Source of the DNA: Vulcanimicrobiota bacterium
GTDB lineage: Bacteria > Vulcanimicrobiota > Xenobia > Xenobiales > JADMJV01
NCBI GenBank assembly: GCA_050250895.1
Contig: JBFWNU010000001.1
Coordinates: forward strand, 1,128,008-1,192,007
Direction of reading: 5' to 3'
Length of the DNA: 64,000 nt
In this document: piece after piece, positions 58,678 through 64,000 of the stretch
Position numbering within the stretch: position 1 is the first letter of the stretch
How the letters are laid out: every line of letters starts with the position of its first letter
The notes under the pieces: model-generated
Told to the model about the DNA's origin: nothing
The model's database searches: none
Seen by the model: the letters and a program-made list of their open reading frames with translations, nothing else
Made by a program: the position numbers and the translations under genes

Positions 58678-59862
58678 TTGGCACAGCAAGGGGCAGGGCT
58701 CGGGTCGGTTCCCGGTGGACCCGATCGACGGGCGCAGGCGCTCACCGCTCTCACCCTGTGGCTTGCTTTGGTCTGGGTCGTCACGGTCGGTTTGCGCCTG
58801 GCTCACTCGGCTCGCACCGAAGCCACTGTAGCCGATAGAGTCGAGACGCGCCTGGCCGAACGACTGGCCGGCGTGTCTTTTCATTTTCCCTCTTTGAGCG
58901 AGCCGACCCGCCACAAACTGCTCGAGGCAGCCCGCGAACTGGTAGGCGACGACCCGCTCAAACAGAAGATCTTGCGCTCGGAAGAGCCATCGCCTGAAGA
59001 GATGGAAAAGCTCGAGGGCTGGTATCTTCTGCAGGGCGACTACATTCGCAACCACGTGAAGCGGACCAAGCGCGAACTCGAAGCCCGGGCCCGAAGCGAT
59101 CTCAATCGGTTGGTGACGGCCATGGTCCTGATCTTGAGCAGCCTGCTGATCGGCTCCATTCTCTGGCTGCTGACCCCCAGGCTCTTTCCGCTGCTCGGCC
59201 CCGCCCTCGAAGTCGAGCCCGAGCGGCAGCGCGTCTGTCTGGCTTTGAGCCTGTACTTTTTGTGGGACTTCTTGTGTCTGTTCGCCGGCTCAACGGTAAA
59301 AACGATCCTGGAACCTTTCTTCACCTGGCCTATCGTCGTGGTGCCGGTCCAGTTCGTGTTCTACCTGCTGGGCGTAGGCTTATGCTTTAGCTTCTGCCGG
59401 GAGCTTCGGCTGGGTATCACCTGGAAGAACACGCTGGCCGGGGTGTGCGCCTTCACCATGTGCGGTCCGGTGGTCTTTGTAGCCACCCAGGTCACCCAAC
59501 TGATCAGCGGCCGGTCGGCCGGTTCCACCAACCCTATGCTCGAGATGCTGACCAACGTCAGCACCGGGGTCTTCTGGCTGGTCTTGTTGGCAGCGGTGGT
59601 CGGCCCGATGTTCGAGGAGTTCATGTTTCGTGGCGTGATCTACGGCAATCTGCGACGCGCTTTGCCGGTCGGGCCGGCCATCGTCGTGAGCGCCTTCATT
59701 TTCGCCCTGGTCCACGGCGACTTCATGGCCATTTTGCCGCTGGCGGGGCTGGGGGCTATGTTTGCCGCTCTCTACGAGAAGACCGGTAGTTTGTGGCCGT
59801 CGATGGTGTGCCACGCCCTCTGGAACGGGGCCACGGTCTGGATGCTCTGGCTGCTATTCTAG
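58678..59862 (+). CDS. CPBP (CAAX/Abi) family intramembrane metalloprotease
   Basis: PMFEEFMFRG, FALVH, HALWN; multiple TM helices plus an N-terminal extracytoplasmic domain. Confidence 0.88.
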   Translation: MAQQGAGLGSVPGGPDRRAQALTALTLWLALVWVVTVGLRLAHSARTEATVADRVETRLAERLAGVSFHFPSLSEPTRHKLLEAARELVGDDPLKQKILRSEEPSPEEMEKLEGWYLLQGDYIRNHVKRTKRELEARARSDLNRLVTAMVLILSSLLIGSILWLLTPRLFPLLGPALEVEPERQRVCLALSLYFLWDFLCLFAGSTVKTILEPFFTWPIVVVPVQFVFYLLGVGLCFSFCRELRLGITWKNTLAGVCAFTMCGPVVFVATQVTQLISGRSAGSTNPMLEMLTNVSTGVFWLVLLAAVVGPMFEEFMFRGVIYGNLRRALPVGPAIVVSAFIFALVHGDFMAILPLAGLGAMFAALYEKTGSLWPSMVCHALWNGATVWMLWLLF

Positions 59863-60031
59863 GGCCTGTCAGACGCGCCTGGCTAAAGTGCGATCGAACG
59901 GGTCCCGATGAAGCTCTTGAATCCGCCGGCCACCAGAGCGTGTCTCGAGAGCACCGGTAACGGCAGAAACGATCATGGACTGAGTCTATCGAGTCTAGTC
60001 CGTTCTGGCGAGATCTGAGCCTGTGAGTGAC

Positions 60032-62257
60032 TCACGCGGAAACCGCGAGCCGCCAGACTTGGGTCACTAGAAAACAAACGACCACGCCCATGGCCAGTGG
60101 CAAGAAGGTGGCCACCGCCGTCCAGCGCTTGCTGTGGGTCTCTTTCCAGATGGTGTAGATGGTGGTGCTGCAAGGGTTGTGCAGCAGGCTGAACAGCATC
60201 AGGTTGATGGCCGTCAGCAACGTCCAGCCGCCACCCTGCATCAGGATGTTGGATACGGTTGCGTCGCTGTCGGGCTCGAACATCACGCCGGCGCCGGCCC
60301 CCAGCCCGGCCATGTTGGCCGTCATCACCGTCAACATCAAGACGGTGGGAATGACGATTTCGTTGGCCGGGATGGCGATGATATAGGCCAGCAAGATCAC
60401 GCCGTTGAGCCCCAGCAACAGTCCCAGAGGCTCGAGGCCGTGAACCAGATGGGCGGCGATGCTCTGGCCTCCGAAGCTGAGGTTGCCCAGCAGCCAGATG
60501 AGGCCGCCGCAGGGCAGGGCGAAGATGACGGCCCGCCAGAGTACGATCAACGTGCGGTCGATCACCGAGGTGTAGAGAGTCTGCCAGATTTGAGGCGGGC
60601 GATAGGGAGGCAGCTCGAGGCTGAAGGCCGAGGCTTCACCCCGCAACACCGTCTTGGAAAGCCCCCACGAGACCAGAAAGGAGAGCGCGATGCCCAGCAA
60701 GGCGATAAAGACGACCGCCCCGGCTGAAGCCAATCCGGCCAGGGCGGGCGGGGCCAGGGCTCCTACGAAGATGGTGGCAATCAGGATTTGAGTGGGCCAG
60801 CGGCCGTTGCACAGCGAGAAGTTGTTGGTGATGATGGCGATGAGGCGCTCGCGCGGGCTGTCGATGACCCGGGTGGCCACCACCCCGGCAGCGTTGCAGC
60901 CGAAGCCCATGCTCAGCGTCAGGGCTTGCTTGCCGTGGGCCCCGGCCAGCTTGAACAGCCGGTCGAGGTTGAACGCCACCCGGGGCAGATAGCCGAAGTC
61001 TTCGAGCAGCGTAAACAACGGGAAAAAGATGGCCATAGGGGGCAGCATGACGGCCACCACCCAGGCGGTTCCGAGATAAAGCCCATCGAACAGGAAGCCC
61101 GACAGCCACCACGGCATCCCGAGGCTGGCCCCCAGACTCTTGAGGGCGGGATGGATGGTGTCGATCAAAAGTCCGGCCAGCATCGACGAGGGAACGTTGG
61201 CGCCCTGGATGGTCAGGTAGAAGACCGTGGCCAGCATGGCCACCATCAGGGGAAAGCCCCAGATGCGGCTGGTCAAGACCCGGTCCAGGGCCTGGTCCCA
61301 GGTGGGAGCTCTCTTCTCGTCAGAGTGCCGGACGACCCGGTCGGCGATGCGGGCGGCGTCGGCGAAGACCGTCTCGACCAGGCTGTCGTGAAAGTTGCGG
61401 CCCACCTCCCAGCGCAGGGTCTGGGCCTCGTGAGCCACTTCAGCCAGGGCTTCCGCGTCGGGAACCTTCTCGAGGGCGGCCAACTGGGTCAGCTCGCCTG
61501 CCTTGAGGGCCATCGAGATGCGGGGATCGCCGGAGAGCAGGCGCAGAGCTACCCAGCGCGGGTTGGGGAGCCCCTCCAGCACTTCTTCGAGGCGTTTGGT
61601 CAGGGCCTCGACGGCCTGCTTGAGGGCGGCCGATTCTTGCCTGAGGCTCAGGCGGTGCGGTTGGCAGACATACTCGCCGCAGGCCACCTGGCGGATATTC
61701 TCGAGCAGCACGTCCAGGCCTTGATTGAAGCGGGCCGAGGTGGGCACTACCGGGATCCCGAGTTCGCGAGCCAGCGTGCGGGTCTCGAGTTCGAGGCCGT
61801 GACGTTTGGCCTCGTCGGTTAGATTCAGGCACAGCACGGCCCGGTCGGTGATCTCGAGAATCTGTAGCACCAGGTTGAGGTTGCGCTCGAGCCGGGTGGC
61901 GTCGACTACGATCACGGTCACATCCGGTTGGCCGAACAGCAGAAAGTCGCGTGCGATCTCCTCGTCGGTGCTGGCCGACAGCAGGCTGTAGGTGCCGGGC
62001 AGGTCCACCAGCTTATAGCGCTGGTCCTTGAACTGAAAGGCCCCTTCGGCCCGACCAACCGTTTTGCCCGGCCAGTTGCCGGTGTGCTGGCGTAGCCCGG
62101 TCAGACTGTTGAAGACGGTGCTCTTGCCCACATTGGGGTTGCCGGCCAGAGCCACTACATAGTCGACCGACGAGATATCGAGATTCAGGCGTTTTAGATG
62201 CGAGGCATTGTGTTTGCCGCAAGTGGCGCAAGCCGAGGGAGCGCGTTCCATGTTCAT
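60032..62257 (-). CDS. feoB: Ferrous iron (or Mn) transporter FeoB
   Basis: GNPNVGKS, GNWPGKTV, DLPGTYSL, LERNL, LEDFGYLPR, GFGCN, CNGR, ELPPYR, NPC. True start ATG 62257 (ATGA overlap with the upstream stop). Confidence 0.95.
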   Translation of the reverse strand: MNMERAPSACATCGKHNASHLKRLNLDISSVDYVVALAGNPNVGKSTVFNSLTGLRQHTGNWPGKTVGRAEGAFQFKDQRYKLVDLPGTYSLLSASTDEEIARDFLLFGQPDVTVIVVDATRLERNLNLVLQILEITDRAVLCLNLTDEAKRHGLELETRTLARELGIPVVPTSARFNQGLDVLLENIRQVACGEYVCQPHRLSLRQESAALKQAVEALTKRLEEVLEGLPNPRWVALRLLSGDPRISMALKAGELTQLAALEKVPDAEALAEVAHEAQTLRWEVGRNFHDSLVETVFADAARIADRVVRHSDEKRAPTWDQALDRVLTSRIWGFPLMVAMLATVFYLTIQGANVPSSMLAGLLIDTIHPALKSLGASLGMPWWLSGFLFDGLYLGTAWVVAVMLPPMAIFFPLFTLLEDFGYLPRVAFNLDRLFKLAGAHGKQALTLSMGFGCNAAGVVATRVIDSPRERLIAIITNNFSLCNGRWPTQILIATIFVGALAPPALAGLASAGAVVFIALLGIALSFLVSWGLSKTVLRGEASAFSLELPPYRPPQIWQTLYTSVIDRTLIVLWRAVIFALPCGGLIWLLGNLSFGGQSIAAHLVHGLEPLGLLLGLNGVILLAYIIAIPANEIVIPTVLMLTVMTANMAGLGAGAGVMFEPDSDATVSNILMQGGGWTLLTAINLMLFSLLHNPCSTTIYTIWKETHSKRWTAVATFLPLAMGVVVCFLVTQVWRLAVSA

Positions 62258-63282
62258 ACGCCCTCCTCTACCAGGACCCGCTCGGCTTGCTCGCGGCGCA
62301 AAGCGATCAGAGTGCCTCGGACGCGATAGGCGATGGGGTCGCCCAGCGGGCCTTTCATTTGCGCCTCGACCTGGGTGCCCGGCACAAAGCCGAGATCCAA
62401 CAGGCGTTCGCGCTCGAGTCCGCGACAACTGTGGCCCAGCCGAATCACGCGAGCGCTCTGGCCCGGAGTCAGGCTGGCCAGCGTCCGCTCGGGCTCGGCC
62501 TTTACCTCGCCCTCTTCGGTCCGGCGGACCGTCCCTACCGAAACGTTGGCGGCCACCAGGGTGGCTAGCACGGCTTCGCGCCCGTTCACCGAGATGGTCA
62601 CCTTCTTGGGAGTGCGATCGAGCATGTGAATGACCACTCCGGGCCGCAACTCGAGGGCGGCGAGCTGGGCATACACCGCTTCGGGTTCGTCCTCGACATG
62701 CAGCACGCGGGCCCGCATGCCTGGCTCTAGTTGGCTGAGCGGAGTGCCGGCCGGAGGCGGCATCCGACCCTCGGCCGTGGGAATGGGGTCGCCATGCGGG
62801 TCGTGGGACGGGCGGTTGAGGGCGGCGTAGAGTTCTTCGGTCTCGGCCGGGCTCAGGGTGTGCTCGTAGCGCTCGGCCTGGCTGTGCCATTCGAGGGGGC
62901 TGACCCCGGTTCGTTCGGCCAGATAGCACTCCCACAAACGGTGGACGCGGATCACGTGAAGGGCCTGGGCTCGTCCTTCGGGGGTCAGCACCGGCCGATC
63001 GTCGGCCAGGTCGACCAGCCCCAATCGTTGGCAACGCTCCACCAGGATAGCCGCTTGATCGCGCGGCACCTCGAGCACGCCAGCCAGGCTGTCGAGAGTC
63101 CCGGGGCGCCCGTCATACTCGCAGTGATAGAGGTGTTTGAGCGTGTCTTCGACCCGGACCGACTCGGCCAGGCCGTTGAGTTGACGCCAACGCCAATACA
63201 ACCCGCCAGCGGGCCAGAACAGCAGGCCAGCCAGCAGGCTGATGAGGGCGAAGAGCCCGAGGGCCGAGAGCGGGTTTATCAT
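62254..63282 (-). CDS. DtxR/MntR-family metalloregulator with N-terminal TM helix and two FeoA domains
   Basis: Hydrophobic N-terminus; EDTLKHLY, LTPEG, RVHRLWE, AERYEH, DPHGDPIP; FeoA domains ending RLLDLGFVPG..PLGDPIAYRVRG..IALR. Confidence 0.9.
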   Translation of the reverse strand: MINPLSALGLFALISLLAGLLFWPAGGLYWRWRQLNGLAESVRVEDTLKHLYHCEYDGRPGTLDSLAGVLEVPRDQAAILVERCQRLGLVDLADDRPVLTPEGRAQALHVIRVHRLWECYLAERTGVSPLEWHSQAERYEHTLSPAETEELYAALNRPSHDPHGDPIPTAEGRMPPPAGTPLSQLEPGMRARVLHVEDEPEAVYAQLAALELRPGVVIHMLDRTPKKVTISVNGREAVLATLVAANVSVGTVRRTEEGEVKAEPERTLASLTPGQSARVIRLGHSCRGLERERLLDLGFVPGTQVEAQMKGPLGDPIAYRVRGTLIALRREQAERVLVEEGV

Positions 63283-63297
63283 CGATACTTTCTCGAG

Positions 63298-63352
63298 TTT
63301 TAGACTAAGCTAATTCTCGGTTTAGTTAATACTAAAAACCCCGATATGTCAA
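63298..63352 (-). promoter_or_regulatory. Tandem DtxR/MntR-type operators and -35 box
   Basis: TTAG-ACTAAG-CTAA (63300-63313) and TTTAG-TTAATA-CTAAA (63321-63336); TTGACA on the minus strand at 63352-63347. Confidence 0.75.
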
Positions 63353-63359
63353 TAAGGCT

Positions 63360-64000
63360 TTAGATTGGCCAGGGCCAGAACCAGTACTTGCCCATGCTGG
63401 TCAGAGCTTCGTCCCATTTGGTGTCTTTGGCGAAGTCCAGACCTTTGTACTCGTCCGAAGGCGAGAACTGCCAGCTGGGCAGCTGCACGGTCAGGCCGTG
63501 GGCGTTCGGATAGGAACGCGAGTGTTGTTCAGCATAGACGGCGCCGTTGATAGCTTCGGTGACGCCCCGGGCCGCCTCTTTGAGTTGGTCGTCGGTGATG
63601 GATTGATTTTCGCCCACCTGCTGGGCAAAGTGATACAGGTCTTTGTAGCCGGTGAACACCTCGGTCTTGCGGGCCATGCCGCGCAGGGTGCCGCGCGAGG
63701 TGTCGCTGTCGAGAATCGCCTCGGCGAAGGTGTTGACCGCGTCCTTCACGTCGTTCATCTTAGACAGGTCGATAGCCGACATCGTGGGCAGGTCGTCTTG
63801 CTTGCCCTGGGCGGTGGCCACCAGTCGGGCGCCCAACTCGCGAGGCTCGACCGGAACGGCAGCAGCCAGGGTTTGCTGCAGGGCCATCAGGTTCTCTTCG
63901 CTCAACAGGCGGTTATAGGGCCAACCGGCACCGCCTTCGACCTCTTGCGAGCCCACCAGAAAATCGGCGTCGTTACGCAGTTGGTAAGCTACCTCGGTGT
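63360..64000 (-). CDS. Clostripain-family (C11) cysteine peptidase, C-terminal part (starts beyond window)
   Basis: Frame open to the window edge: EVAYQLR..ADFLVGSQE...GWPY, SAIDLSK, DLYHFA, HGLTV, Y..LDFA...W. Confidence 0.75.
   Translation of the reverse strand, partial: TEVAYQLRNDADFLVGSQEVEGGAGWPYNRLLSEENLMALQQTLAAAVPVEPRELGARLVATAQGKQDDLPTMSAIDLSKMNDVKDAVNTFAEAILDSDTSRGTLRGMARKTEVFTGYKDLYHFAQQVGENQSITDDQLKEAARGVTEAINGAVYAEQHSRSYPNAHGLTVQLPSWQFSPSDEYKGLDFAKDTKWDEALTSMGKYWFWPWPI

Noticed and set aside
59863-60031. Possible small RNA or 36-codon ORF between convergent genes
   Set aside because: No RBS, strong hairpin or recognisable RNA motif.
62258-63034. N-terminal 259 aa of the 1000-aa FeoB ORF, suggesting a giant fusion
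   Set aside because: An Arg/Pro-rich off-frame reading of the DtxR gene; FeoB homology starts near ATG 62257.

Overview
GC-rich bacterial chromosomal window containing the replication origin. The leftward arm is one long minus-strand run: rpmH-rnpA-yidD-yidC-jag-mnmE-mnmG-rsmG-[perfect parS]-parA-parB-dnaX-(single-domain response regulator)-ybaB-recR. The rightward arm is dnaA-dnaN, followed directly by rimP-nusA-ylxR-infB-rbfA, with no recF/gyrB. oriC is bipartite and Bacillus-like, with DnaA boxes on both sides of dnaA and DnaA-trio-like repeats before dnaN. The rest is housekeeping and signalling: a maltodextrin-type ABC transporter, a multi-GAF PP2C phosphatase, a fused E1 dehydrogenase, an M16 peptidase pair, sdhCAB, feoB with a membrane-anchored DtxR-FeoA regulator, and a clostripain-like fragment. 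I saw no rRNA, tRNA, CRISPR array or intact mobile element. Best candidates for new biology: (1) a third, helically phased DnaA-box array 8.5 kb from oriC, directly upstream of an orphan Zn-finger + HTH gene; (2) a signalling-lipid cluster made of a REC-GGDEF cyclase, a Ser/Thr kinase fused to a PAS hybrid histidine kinase, an ACP-adenylation-acyltransferase fusion, and a convergent hybrid kinase that seems to start at ACG; (3) a transmembrane DtxR-FeoA-FeoA regulator with Mn-type ligands and tandem operators upstream of feoB. All product calls come from motif recognition by eye; no database search was run.
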